Positions 30,001 to 40,973 of a DNA stretch of 64,000 nucleotides are shown here, one piece after another (positions within the stretch are counted from its first letter, which is position 1; each line of letters starts with the position of its first letter). The notes below the pieces were generated by a model. That model made no database searches. It had not been told where the DNA came from and was given only the letters and a program-made list of their open reading frames with translations. This DNA comes from Podarcis bocagei (taxonomy: Eukaryota): NCBI GenBank assembly GCA_964188305.1, contig OZ076900.1; one strand, given 5' to 3'. The translations under genes were made by a program, and so were the position numbers.

Positions 30001-33000
30001 GGGAGGGAGGGGTGTTCCCCTCTTCTCTTTTTAACCTAATATCTAGCACAGGCCAGAGCACTGAAAGCTTTTCGTTCAGTAAAAGCTTTGTGGCCATCTT
30101 GAATGAGGTTTAGAAGGTGTTTGGAGATGCATGGATATTTTTTCTGCAAAAGGGCCCAGAAGCCAGAGGAGCCTGGTTTGCTTCTTGACTTCTGCACACT
30201 TTTGTGTCTTTGTTGCCCTTTTCCACAGGTCCCTCAACCTGTGGCTACTTCTCTCATTCCTGGAGCCATGAAAGCCTGGGGAGCTGCCAGATACCCCCAA
30301 CCCTGGCCATAAAAACCGTGAGACATCCCCAGTTCCCTGAAACCTTTGTTGTCAAAACTGAAGTACACAGATGAAGGGATGGACAGAATTTGCATGCAAT
30401 TGTTATTATTATTTTACTATGTAAATGCTTTCATTTGATTTTTCCAGTATAACAACATGAGAAGCCCCCATACAGTAAAAGGGGGAGGGAAAAATCCTCA
30501 TCTCTCACGAGAATAAGGTGCAGAAGTTAGCCTAATATACCCTGCCATAATTCCCGAAGATTGCATGCCTGAGCCCATTTCTGATATGCATGCTATAAAG
30601 CAGGGGTTGGCAAGGTTTACCTCGCCTGGGCCGGTTCACTCCAGCGGAGAACTCTCCACGGGCCAGATCGCGCACGCTCGTGATTTCCGTCGTCTGCGCA
30701 GACACAATTTCTGGCGCCATGGAAGCGAGTCCCTGAGCTGCGCCAGTTTAGTGCAGTGCATGGGAACTCGCCGAGCGGGCGGCTCGGTCAGGGGCAGCTC
30801 GTGGGCCGGTAAAACAACCCTCATGGGCTGCTTGTGGCCCATGGGCAACTGCAAATTATCCAAACCCTTCCAGTTTTTTGTGCAATCAGCAGATGAGCTA
30901 CAGCCAGTGGAAGTGGGATCTGTTCTTTATGCAGAAGGTCCTTCTGTTTGTCCTTTTTTTTCTCCCCCCCCCCCTTAAAAATGTTAATAAGCCCAACTCA
31001 TTTTGCCTTCGTTCATTCTGTCTTGACTGTGTCAACATCCTGAGCCACAAGATTGTAGTTACTGTGTTTAGGATATCGGTGGCCTTTGTACGTGAATCCT
31101 TTTAGAAAGAACCTTTGTATGGTGATAGTTATTCAGCAGCTGGTTATACAGGAAGGCTGCTTTTTGAGGAAAGTTAGCTCCTTTTTCACCCAAGCCTTGG
31201 AGACCTTTGGGATTGTGGGATGTGTGGCTTCTATTCCAGTTGGGTTCACTCGCGGGTGGCACTGTGGGTTAAACCACAAAGCCTAGGACTTGCTGATCAG
31301 AAAGTCGGTGGTTCGAATCCCTGCGACGGGGTGAGCTCCCGTTGCTCGGTCCCTGCTCCTGCCAACCTAGCAGTTCGAAATCACGTCAAAGTGCAAGTAG
31401 ATAAATAGGTACCACTCTGGCGGGAAGGTAAACGGCATTTCCGTGCGCTGCTCTGGTTCGCCAGAAGTGGCTTAGTCATGCCGGCCACATGACCCGGAAG
31501 CTGTACGCCGGCTCCCTCGGCCAGTAAAGTGAGATGAGCGCCACAACCCCAGAGTCGGCCATGACTGGAGCTAATGGTCAGGGGTCCCTTTACCTTTACC
31601 TAGCTCCTTTTTCACCCAAGCCTTGGAGACCTTTGGGATTGGGGGATGTGTGGCTTCTATTCCAGTTGGGTTCACTCGCGCAGGTTTTATGGCAGACACC
31701 ACTTCTACTGCTTTTTCTGTTACATTAAGTGCACTTAATGTGCCAGTGTGCAAAGTGGTGTGTAGAGCCTTGGAGAATTGTGCTCAGTTTTAAGCATCAA
31801 TGAATCCATGTTGGTTTCTTGGTGACTTCAGAAGTGAACATTTCAATTGGAAGGAAAGAACAACTGGCTTCCATTGACTTCCCAAGTATTCTGGCATTGC
31901 ACTTGTGAGGTGTTTAAATGATTTGATGGTGTTTAACTGCTAGCTGCATGCTGGTCCTATCTGAATAAGACTTGCAAAATCTCTGTATTTTGACATCACC
32001 TGGCTTTGATTGCCTGTTGATATAGAATAACATGAGTCCATCTGTCTGTGGATTCTGTGTCTGTTGTGTATTCCTCACACACTGCACGCAACTCCTTCCT
32101 AAATGTTTTTGATTCTCAAAAGTGTGTTAATTGCCACATGTAACGAAGAGGGAAGAATGCCAAACCAATCACCTTCCTATTTCCATTTAAAATATCACCC
32201 TGTAGATGCATATGGTCCATTTCATGCCCATGATAGTCATCTCTGTTTTCAAGTTTTTCCTCTGTTACATAATATGGGGGCATGAAGCACCAAGTCATTG
32301 TTTGTTTGTTTGTTTGTTTGTTTGTTTGTTTGTTTGTTTGTTTGTTTGTTTGCTTGCTTGTTTTAAAATGTATTTATTATAAAATGCTAGAATCTGCCTT
32401 CCAAATGGAAAACAAATCAAGAACAGCTAAACACAACTATAAGAATATCCATTGATAATTAAGAACAATAATAAATAATGGACTTCATTCTTTTTGTTAA
32501 TGCAAGGATTATTGCGTTTGCAGACAGGTGAGTTTTAATGTTGCACAACAGAGGAATCCAACACAAAAGCTGCATTGGTGGGAAATGGTTCAGCAAAGTT
32601 GCCATCCACCTGCTTATGTATTCCCTTCTGCAAAATGACATCCAACAACAGAACAAGTATACTGCTCTACATTGGCCACAACCCAATACATTGGCCTAGT
32701 GAAGCTCAGTTTGTTGTGCTTTCCTTAGGCCAGCATCACTGCAAGGGAGTGGAGCAATGAACATGAAGCCACTTTTGTGCCGTGCTCTAGTTTCTACACC
32801 CAACCCTCTCTATCCATCCAGGCAAGCAGGGAGGTGTTATGGGAGTTCAGGACACATTCCAGCCAGGCAGAAACACCAGAGGAAGGTGCAAAGTCAGAAA
32901 TATGCAACAGTGACTGAGGAGAGTCCCAAGGATGCTCCATCCCTGTTACAATTTCTGAAATTCCCGTCTGTCCCATCAGTTAAATATAAAGTGTGGGGAA

Positions 33001-35335
33001 AGAGAGAGACCAATACCAGAGTTCAGTCATTGCAGGCCAGCTGGGAGAATCTCCTTGTCTGTGGATGGTGCTGTTTTGGCCAAGTAAGGATTGGTACCTG
33101 GGAACATGGGTTTGCTATTAGGGAAGGCGTGGGGGGTATTTTGGCCTTCCAGATGTTGCTGAACTCTACAACTCCCATCAGCCCAAGCAAGCATGGCCAG
33201 TGGACAAGGAAGATAGGAGTTGTTCAGCAGCAATGGCAGGGCCCAGTGTTCCCCACCTCTAGAGTATTGTTGTTGTTGTTAGTTGAATTAATATACCGCC
33301 CCATACCCAGGGTCTCAGGGCAGTTCACAGAGTAAAATCAAGATATAAAACCACAAAATACGTGGAGGACACCCTGTCATTCTACAATGTAACTTGGGTG
33401 ACTTGCACTGAGCAATAAAATGACATACCATCATTTGTTGATCAGAGAGCAGATAGGAATCAGTCTCATAAAAGTTAAATAGCTCCACCATTGCCTCTTA
33501 AAACAAATAAACACAAAGGAAACCAGTGAGGCAGATTTGCACAGTGACATCTTCCTTAAAATAAACTCTGTCTTTATTATTTATTTATTTATTGAATATA
33601 TAGTATACAGTATATGAATATACAGTATACAGTATATGAATATACAGTATACAGTATATATATATATACAGTATACAGTATATATATATATATATATACA
33701 GTACCGCCTTATACCAGCAGGTCTCAGGGCATCTTCACAGAAAAAAATCAAAATATAAAAACACAAAATTCATAATCAAAATACAGTGGTACCTCTAGAT
33801 ACGAACGGGATCCGTTCTGGAGCTCTGTTCACATCTAGAGGTAAACGTAACTAGCGACGGCACGTCTGCACATGCACATGATGTCATTTTGAGTGTGCGC
33901 ATGCGCAAGCGGCGAAACCTGGAAGTAACGTGCTCTGTTACTTCCGGGTTGCTGAGGAGCACAGCTCGAATGCGCTCAACTCGAAGCATATTTAACCCAA
34001 GGTATGACTGTAAAAACAACAACCACCCAATAGCACCCCCCCAAAAAACCCCCACATTTTAAATGGGCCTAGGATGTCAATCAAATCAACCAAAAGGCCT
34101 GGTTAAAAAGGAATGTTTTTGCCTGGCGCCTAAAGGTGTATAATGAAAGCACCAGGCGAACTTCCCTGGGGAGAGCATTCCACAGACGGGGAGCCACTGC
34201 AGAGAAGGCCCCATTCTCGTGTTGCCACCCTCTGGACCTCTCAAAGAGGAGGCACATGAAGAACTGTAGATAGAACTGTAGATAGCTTGCATTTATATCT
34301 GTAGATAGCTTGCATTTATATCTAGGCAGCTTTGTTAAGTGGGCAGTGTGGAAAGCTGCCGTGGTTAGCAGAAAGGTGAGGTGAGGTGAGATTTCATACT
34401 TGGGGAAAAAACAAGAGAGCAAACCTTCCCTTCAACGCTAGGTGGCACCCAAGCTTTTTATTTTCTGGCAGTCTCAGGCGTTCCCTCCTCACCTTGCCCC
34501 TCAGCTTGGCGAATGAAAGAATCCCATCCCATCCCATGAAGGGGATGTGGCTGCTCACAGAGGCATGAAACATCCTGTGATAATCACAGCAAAGCAAAGG
34601 AGCATGCGAAGCATGTGTTTTAGCACTGTGCGGAGGTCCTTCCCTAAACGGAGTTGCACAATTAACCCGTTTGAATGCACATGATGCTCTGCTAACCCCA
34701 CTAGCCACACCCCCAGCGTACGTCTAAAGTACTAGGATGCCACTTTAAAGAGCAATGGCTTTCCCCAAAGAACTGTGGGAACTGTAGTTCACCAAGGGAG
34801 TAGAGGTTTGCTGGGAGACCCTGTTTCCCCTCACAGGGCTGCAATTTGCAGAGTGCCCTGAGATTGACTGATAAAACACATGGGGATGTGTAGGTCTGGG
34901 AGTGGGGGGGAAGCACCCTTAACAAACTACAGCTCCCAGAATTCTAATCATAGCGCTTATCTGCTTAATTACGAATTTGGTTTGGCATTTTCCCTCCCCA
35001 ACCCCTTTCCAAATCATGTAGCTCTTTAACTCCTTGCAAATTCTAAGCCTTGATTTCTGACATGGTGCCACTCTGCTGTATCTGTTTCTTTCCCTTCCTG
35101 GTCCATGTTGACAACAATAACAACTTAAGCTGAATTTCTCTCTCTTTCTTCCCAACCCCTGCCCTCCTTCTCCCCCCCCTTTCTTTTTTTACAGCCTAAC
35201 CCCCTGGAGCTGCCGATGCTGTTGTCCTACAAACCGCGGGGGAACAGCTACACCTCTGAAGGAAAGCCAGGGAGCTCCGTGACTAATTTTGCAGAACGTT
35301 GCCATCTCAGGATACTTCAGATGCAAAGATTTTAA
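198..35335 (+). CDS. ATP11C: ATP11C phospholipid flippase (P4-ATPase), 3' half of a multi-exon gene; the 5' part lies upstream of the window
   Basis: 14 AG/GT-bounded exons splice in one continuous frame. They carry P-type/P4 motifs ([64 protein letters not shown]) and the ATP11C-specific tails [17 protein letters not shown] and [10 protein letters not shown]. Confidence 0.96.
1089..1162 (+). CDS. ATP11C: ATP11C exon ([24 protein letters not shown])
   Basis: aaaag|G...G|gtgagt; N-domain F-D-x-x-RRRMSV motif. Confidence 0.93.
1275..2000 (-). mobile_element. L1-clade LINE 3' fragment
   Basis: ORF2 C-terminal peptides (HMWWSC..V..YW, PEAFL.GI, YATTAA...APKW...EW) with frameshifts. Confidence 0.8.
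2110..2213 (+). CDS. ATP11C: ATP11C exon ([17 protein letters not shown]...HVERNAM)
   Basis: ttctag|...|gtaaga; KGADS motif. Confidence 0.95.
2937..3188. mobile_element. Tc1/mariner (Tigger-like) MITE
   Basis: TA|CAGTGGTACCTC...GAGGTATGACTG|TA. Confidence 0.85.
3785..3966 (+). CDS. ATP11C: ATP11C exon ([12 protein letters not shown]...[10 protein letters not shown])
   Basis: ttttag|...|gtaagt. Confidence 0.95.
5139..5393 (+). CDS. ATP11C: ATP11C exon ([26 protein letters not shown]...PPNAKR)
   Basis: ccgtag|...|gtaagt; overlaps ORF 5173..5397. Confidence 0.95.
6716..6890 (+). CDS. ATP11C: ATP11C exon ([14 protein letters not shown]...[11 protein letters not shown])
   Basis: ttttag|...|gtgtgt. 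Confidence 0.95.
7720..7822 (+). CDS. ATP11C: ATP11C exon ([34 protein letters not shown])
   Basis: atttag|...|gtgagg; GDGAND hinge motif. Confidence 0.96.
8031..8176 (+). CDS. ATP11C: ATP11C exon ([16 protein letters not shown]...VQYFFYK)
   Basis: ttccag|...|gtaatg. Confidence 0.96.
9393..9452 (+). CDS. ATP11C: ATP11C exon ([20 protein letters not shown])
   Basis: ttttag|...|gtaggt; 60 nt. Confidence 0.95.
10940..11067 (+). CDS. ATP11C: ATP11C exon ([30 protein letters not shown]...PKLY)
   Basis: tttaag|...|gtaagt. Confidence 0.95.
13045..13500 (+). mobile_element. L2-type 3' tail with a nested, partial Tigger-like MITE (~13190-13416)
   Basis: ccctgtggaacaccctccc...ttttagaagacatctgaa tail (also at ~6940-7140 and ~27900-28120), interrupted by a MITE ending GAGGTACCACTG|TA. 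Confidence 0.7.
14031..14095. repeat. (TTA)n microsatellite
   Basis: Direct reading. Confidence 0.95.
14690..14825 (+). CDS. ATP11C: ATP11C exon ([16 protein letters not shown]...IENNGK)
   Basis: tggcag|...|gtaaga. Confidence 0.94.
14996..15050. repeat. (TTTC)n microsatellite
   Basis: Direct reading. Confidence 0.95.
15608..15862 (+). mobile_element. tRNA-derived SINE (Squam3-like)
   Basis: tggtgtagtggttaagagc head, CTT tail; a close copy lies at 62572-62815. Confidence 0.8.
16976..17041 (+). CDS. ATP11C: ATP11C exon ([22 protein letters not shown])
   Basis: tttcag|...|gttagt. Confidence 0.94.
17259..17362 (+). CDS. ATP11C: ATP11C exon ([35 protein letters not shown])
   Basis: ctccag|...|gtaagc. 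Confidence 0.95.
18241..18380 (+). mobile_element. tRNA-head/CR1-tail SINE (Squam2-like)
   Basis: gatagctcagctggtagagc A-box head followed by a ggttggactagatg...ccttccaactct tail. Confidence 0.65.
18420..18868. mobile_element. Tc2/mariner-type MITE
   Basis: TA|CCGTATTTTTC...GAGAAATATGG|TA; a related right end lies at ~56000-56137. Confidence 0.7.
19355..19612. mobile_element. Tigger-like MITE
   Basis: CAGTGGTACCTC TIRs with TA flanks; same family as 56477-56698 and 58543-58784. Confidence 0.85.
19773..19926 (+). CDS. ATP11C: ATP11C last constitutive exon ([12 protein letters not shown]...KSMKRKRHQ), ends in phase 0
   Basis: ggccag|...CAG|gtaagg. Confidence 0.94.
22178..22406. mobile_element. 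Tigger-like MITE (older)
   Basis: TA|CAGTCATATCTTGG...CCAAGGTACGACTG. Confidence 0.65.
23059..23439. mobile_element. hAT-type MITE
   Basis: TAGGGATG...CATCCCTA TIRs; 8-bp TSD ACCCCAAC/AGCCCAAC (7/8 match). Confidence 0.75.
25907..25990 (+). CDS. ATP11C: ATP11C alternative C-terminal exon [27 protein letters not shown]
   Basis: Long pyrimidine tract + cag, phase 0; resembles a remembered vertebrate ATP11C alternative tail; probable donor 5 nt after the stop (AAG|gtgatc, 25996). Confidence 0.75.
   Translation, partial: VTRRLPSSGTSTIFVLSQTSSNHSFSE
29662..29763 (+). CDS. ATP11C: ATP11C-a type C-terminal exon [33 protein letters not shown]
   Basis: tttgcag| phase 0; SVRPLL di-leucine motif; donor CAG|gtatcc 3 nt after the stop. 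Confidence 0.92.
   Translation, partial: KRGRPRIAASSVPTRPSVRPLLLRTFSDESNVL
31251..31600 (+). mobile_element. Sauria SINE (Squam1/POMSINE-like), near full length
   Basis: gcgggtggcactgtgggttaaacc head, gtgcaagtagataaataggtacc core, (ACCTTT) tail; flanked by an 80-bp direct repeat. Confidence 0.9.
32298..32361. repeat. (GTTT)n/(GCTT)n microsatellite
   Basis: Direct reading. Confidence 0.9.
33784..34010. mobile_element. Tigger-like MITE nested in a minus-strand L2 tail (~33700-34260)
   Basis: TA|CAGTGGTACCTC...AAGGTATGACTG|TA; flanks translate as [14 protein letters not shown] (L2 ORF2 end). Confidence 0.8.
35195..35335 (+). CDS. ATP11C: ATP11C-b type terminal exon, coding part [20 protein letters not shown]...MQRF*
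   Basis: Strong pyrimidine tract + acag|, phase 0; LLSY motif. Confidence 0.9.
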   Translation, partial: PNPLELPMLLSYKPRGNSYTSEGKPGSSVTNFAERCHLRILQMQRF

Positions 35336-38300
35336 CCCCAGCACACAGTTCTAAACGGACAGCACTCTCGGAGTCAAAAATGAACGCTTGGAAGCAAATC
35401 AGGCCCACCAGAAAAAGAAAAAGAAGAAAAATACAAATGGTTCTATATTTTGGTTAGGCTTTTTTTGCTTTCTTTTTTTTAAGAGGACCTTTGGTTTGCA
35501 TTGTGATTTTTTTTTTAGAAAAAAAAATCAACATAAACGGGGGTGCCATCCTTTTCATCTGTTCCTCCCCCTTCCTAATGCAAGTTTTGAGAAAGCAACC
35601 CGGCTGTTTTGATGACAAGAATTGTGTGAGCTTTTTGCCCACTGCAATGGATGATCTGTCCTCTGTTCAGCCATCTTCACCCTTGTCCAAGGAAGAGGAA
35701 GGGCTGTGCATGGCTCTCCCAACCAAAGATATAGAACAAGTGGTATGTTACAGTTCCCCCAAAATAGCACTAGGAATTTTTGGTAGGTAACCATTCTGTT
35801 GCTAAGCCATAAACGATGTTTGTTGGTGGAATCTTAATTTCCCCCATTGCCACCCCAGTTCCTCTAATGAGAAAGTTGTGCCATACCCTTTTAAAGGGAC
35901 AATGTGGACATTTAGAGAAAACACACACACCCCATTTTTTTTCTCCCATCCAATCCGACCCATCAGGAACACCTGAAAAACAAAACAAGTGAAGCACCCA
36001 TTCTCCCAGACATCTACATCCATCTCAAAACCTGAGGTTAATTCCCACCTTTTTGAAATGTGTCCTTTGTCCAGGCTCTCTCTTCTCCCACCAAACAGGT
36101 ATCTCACAGCCAAAGTGAACATGCACCTATTCCCCCCACCCACCCAAACTCTAGATTGATGTCCTTTGGCTGTGTGAAAATGTGGGACCTGCGTTTTCTG
36201 ACCTGCTTTGACTTCTGCTGTGATGGGCTTGCGCACCTGCCTTTTGGATGGAGGTTGCCACATTGCCTAGAATGTATGACTTCTTCACAAGCTCAAGTCA
36301 GTGTCCCGAGCACCGTCGAAGGATGCAAGCCATGGGTTCTTTGCTGTGCTAACCTTGTCCTCCTCTTCCATATTCTGTTGAGCGGGTGGCAGGTCCAACC
36401 CATGGGACATCAGCCCTCCCTCCCTCTTTTTTTGAAAGAGTGTGGGATGCAGAACCTAAAACAGCCTGTACTGTTATCCCTTCTGTTCTGTGAAGGGAGG
36501 CAGGAGACGCATCACCTTCAATCTCCTCCAAAGTGTGGCACATCTTAATGGCCAATTCCAACAATAGGTTTCAAAGACGTCCCCTGCAGAATCCTTTCAA
36601 TGTGGGCACCTGGCGCTATTTTGCATGTGCAACGCCAAGCATGCCTTTAGCTGCACGTGTCTAGTGGGTGCATGCGTTTGCCGCCATGTAGTGTCTGATG
36701 TGGCTCGTTTGGGCACATGCAGTGGACACAGAGCACCACGGGTTCCCCCCCCCCCCCCGCCCTCTCCTTTACCGTGAGTGTTGCACACAACTTCAGCACT
36801 TCCTGCAACGGTAGAAGAGGCCCTGTAGAAAACTGGTTTGGAATTTACGATTCAAGTTAAAAGAGTGTAAGCTTCGGTTCACACATTGCTTCTATGCAAG
36901 GCAAAGGATATTCACCAGCAGCAAGCAATTCCACAACAGTAGGGCATATGTATGGGCCAGTTAAAACGTTTTTGTAGCAGATCTGAGCCTGTGATGATGT
37001 GGCATGTGGCGACTGGGGCTGCTCCTAAAACTCCCCAGCATTTAATCGAGGTTCAGTCTTCCTTTGCTCATTCTTTCCCCATTGCCACCTCTTTTTTAAA
37101 AAAACGGGGCCAGTAAATCAGAACTTCTCACTTCCGCTGTGCCTACAAAGGACATATTGGAGAATTGCTAGATGTTACTGGGGAGGCTGGCAATGACCCA
37201 CATCTCTCGGGAAAGAAACCAGTGGTGTGGCTCTTGCCACTCTTGGAATAACGGTTCTTAATTTGACCCATGTCTCACCTGCAGTGCCCAGATAGGTCCC
37301 AAAGGTATCTTGAACGGTGGCCTGAGTGCCAAACCATTTGGGAGGGATGTTTATATGCATATTTCAATCAGTGCTTTTGTGACTTCTCCAGTGCTAGTGC
37401 TGAAATGTTCAGCTCTAATGTTCTCTGTATCAGGGAAGGAGAACCTTGAAGCCCCCCAGATGTTATTGGACCAAAGCTGCCATCAGCCCCAGCCCACATG
37501 ACTAGTGATAAAGGATTATGGGAGTTGTGGTCCACAACACCTGGGGGGTGGCAGGCTCCCTACAGGCAGCCTTTTGCCTAGTGGTTGTGATGAGGATTCA
37601 CTCTGCACCTCCCATTTATTTTAGTTCGAGGAGTGTGGTGGTTTTATTGTGGTTTTGTTGTTGGGGTTTTTTGTTGTTTTTTTTTGAGGGGGGGATGCTT
37701 TTTATTCAAAGTGAGTCAGGAGAAGCCTCAAGCTTATCACCCTTCCAACCACCCTCCCTACCCCCAAGTAACATTAATTTGGTAAGTTTACCAAAGTACG
37801 GTTTCTGCATTTTGTTGCTTTCGAAAATACCAAGCCGCCTCAGAGACAGTTTCATTTCAGCCCAGTCCACCCGAAAGTAACGTGAACCTAGCAGTTCATT
37901 GAGATTTATGCAAAGCCTTGGAGGAAGAAAAGAGGAAAGATGGCTTCTTTGAAATCCCATTTGTAAAATGATGGGTTTGGTCTGGCCTTCAACACAGAAA
38001 AGATGGGGGTGGGTGCTTAAAAAATGGACTTTAGATAGGAGATGGGGGATCTCCCAATTGAATCCCCATCCATTGTGTCCTCCAGTGGGATGGTGGTCAG
38101 ACTTGCTTCACATGGAAAACTGGATTTTAGAGAGAAATGGCCTAAACAGCTCCCTGATGTGCTCCTTTTCATGGGAAACTCATTCTAACATGGTATAGTT
38201 CTGCTGCAGTTTTCCCAGGTGATCTGCTCTCTGCATAGACCGGGCCTTAATCAATACTAACCTTCTCTGCACTTCATTCTGTATTTTCCAGCAACTAAGT

Positions 38301-38790
38301 GTGGCTGGTGGCTTCTCTCCCTCTTCCCAAGGCAATATAATTGTTGCTGAAAATTTGCATATGGTCAGTGACACAGAATAAGCAAACAAAAAATTAAATT
38401 CAGCTTTGCACCTGTGCCACACCAGTCCAAAGAGACTTGTGTCAATATCTTGAAACTTGCCTGACTTAAATCTGAAGCAGAACTTCTGGAAAATACATTT
38501 GTTCATTTGTTTTTGTAAATACAGGGTGGGGGGGAGGGTGTAAAATTATATATACAGATTTTAAGATGCATTTTTCAGCTTCTTGCGAAAACCCAGCAGG
38601 ACTGCATTCTTAATTTTTATCACTTCAACTGCAATTTTATACGTTCATGTTGCTTTATATAATGACAATGGAATGTGAATGTTAACTTTTATGAATGCAA
38701 CTCGCTCCTTTTTTTCCCTTATGAAAACAAACCTTTTTTTTTGTTTTGTTTTGAAATAATCAATAAACTTTGGTATGTTCTGATTGAGCT
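35336..38790 (+). other. ATP11C: ATP11C 3'UTR with probable polyadenylation signal AATAAA (38762-38767) and a Pumilio-type TGTAAATA site (38514-38521)
   Basis: Repeat-poor, U-rich stretch ending in AATAAA followed by a GT-rich downstream element. Confidence 0.65.
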
Positions 38791-38813
38791 TGGTGAAGTT
38801 TGTTGTCTTAAGT

Positions 38814-39941
38814 CAGGGGTCCTCAAACTATGGGACGCGGGCCGAATCCAGCCCGCCAGGGTCCTAAATCCGGCCTGCCCAGCCATTGCAGAACCCGCTG
38901 CGATGCCATTGAGGAGACTCAAAGCACTTTGGAGAGCTTGCTCCACGGTGCCTTTAAGCAGAGCAGGCGGGAGGGAAAGAGGCAGGTCAGGATTTCCCCC
39001 TCCTGGCCCTGCCTTGCCTTGAAGCCTGTCTCTCCCCACGTGTCCGCCTCCCTCAATCACCAGCCACCATGCTGCTCGCTCATGCCCTGTGCTCCGCCGC
39101 CCTCTCCACCTGATCCAGCCCTGTTATCCTTGCAGCCCAGCTCGGCGGCCCCAACCACCGCCTCCTCCAGCCAGGCTCACCCTCCGTTGCCTGCGGCAGC
39201 CTGCACAACAATGGTGAGCTATGCTCAGAAGGCAGGGAAAGGGGGAAGAAGGTCACTCACAAGGAGCGCAGGGCTCCAGTGCTTGCTCATGAGGAAACAC
39301 CCTTGGGGCCACTGGGGATCGCGTCCGAGGAAAAAGACGGCGGCCATCATCCTAGCGAGTTTTTGTCCTGGGAAAAGTGCTTGGGAGCTGGGCTGCGATC
39401 CAAGGCACGCTAGCTCGCAACTCCTCAGCATCGGGTTGCTTGCAAGTAAACGTCTACCTGCCATCCAAGACGAGCCCAGGTGGAGGCAGGCTTTGATGGG
39501 TTCATCCGAATCTCCGCTCCCGAAGTGGGACTGAGCAGTTACTGAATTTCCACCCCAGATTTTTTCTCCCTGGAGCTTAAGGTCTGTGGTTCCCCACAAA
39601 CCTCAATGAGACGCATTCAAATCAAGCTCCTCTCTGAGACATATCTTAATCTCAGAACCATGCACTCAAATTTGCAACCATCTTTGGCAGCACCTATGTC
39701 TGTGAACAGACTTTTTCCCGAATGTAACATCTGAAATCTCCAACCAGATCCAGACTAACTGATGAATACTTGCATCACTTGCTGCAACTAGCAGTGACAA
39801 ATATGGAACCATCTCATTTGCCAAAAGCAGGCCCATACTTCCCATTGAAATACTTATTGGTCTGACACAGTCGAAATAATTTAAATTATATGTATATATA
39901 AGTATATGTTGGTCATTGACCATATTAAAGATACTTGAATT

Positions 39942-39998
<57 letters not shown>

Positions 39999-40158
39999 TA
40001 TGTTGATTTAAATCGTTCTTCATTTTAAATATTGTATTTTTCCTGTTTTTTGTGCACTAGAAATAAAATATGTGCAGTGTGCATTGGAATTCATATTTTC
40101 TTCAAAGTATAGTCCGACCCCCAACAGTGTCTTAGTTTAAAAAGTCTGAGGACCCCTG
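38814..40158 (+). mobile_element. Non-autonomous hAT-Charlie (OposCharlie1/OC1-like) DNA transposon with internal CpG-rich cargo
   Basis: TIRs CAGGGGTCCTCAAACT / AGTCTGAGGACCCCTG; perfect 8-bp TSD TCTTAAGT; transposase C-terminal remnant FGSTYVCEQTFSRM*HLKSPTRSRLTDEYLHHLL at ~39670-39830. Confidence 0.88.
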
Positions 40159-40973
40159 TCTTAAGTGAACCTGACTTTTCTGTGTAATAAGCACAAATCA
40201 CACAAAAATGCTATTTTTGAGCTATTTTAAGGGAAAATTGGCAAAACAGGCACTGCTGACATGGGCAGCCATATGTTCAGATTTTCCCAGACGTTTAGCT
40301 GATTTCCACTTGGACGCTGCTGATGAATGCGGTATTCTGTATATGCCTGGGAAATTCCAGATATATGGCAACCCTAGCAAAGCATGTGGGGGGTGGCAGT
40401 GGGTAATGCTGCTCCCCCTTCACTTTACTCTTTCGCTTGCAGACCCAGACCATAATCACATCTTCCAGCTTGAAAATAGCTTCTTGTCCACAGCCAGGTA
40501 AAATCACTTATCGGCACAGAAGCATTGAAAAAATGCTTCCCCTTCCTCCCCATTTTTAGGTTGCAGGTCAGCCAGCTAAGCCAATTTCTCTTAGGGGGTC
40601 TAGCAATTTTGCAAATGTATTTGTAAGACTACAGGCAACACTTGCTGTGTCCTTTCATTTCTCTCACCTTTTTTGCAGCTGTATATAGGGGCTGTTTCCA
40701 CAGCATTTTAACTGCATGAAAGAAAGCAGTATCCCCCAAAAAACAATATTTAAAAACCCAGAGAAGTATCAGTGGTTCAAAAGCCAGGAGCAGTTGGGAG
40801 GATGGAACTAAAATCATATTTTAACAGGGCATTGGGATGCTCAAATGCAAAATACTCGGGGGGGGGGGGGAGGAGTACCTATTTCTACTCCAGTTTCAAA
40901 CAAATACTACAGTGGCTCAGCCACATGGTGTATTCCATGGACACAGTAGTACAAAGAGACTGGAGTAGCAGTA

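Noticed and set aside
33596-33700. Regularly spaced ATATACAGT repeats
   Set aside because: AT-rich minisatellite without unique spacers; not a CRISPR array in this eukaryotic context.
38830-39534. 234-aa ORF inside the hAT element
   Set aside because: GC-rich low-complexity frame with no transposase or other recognisable motifs.
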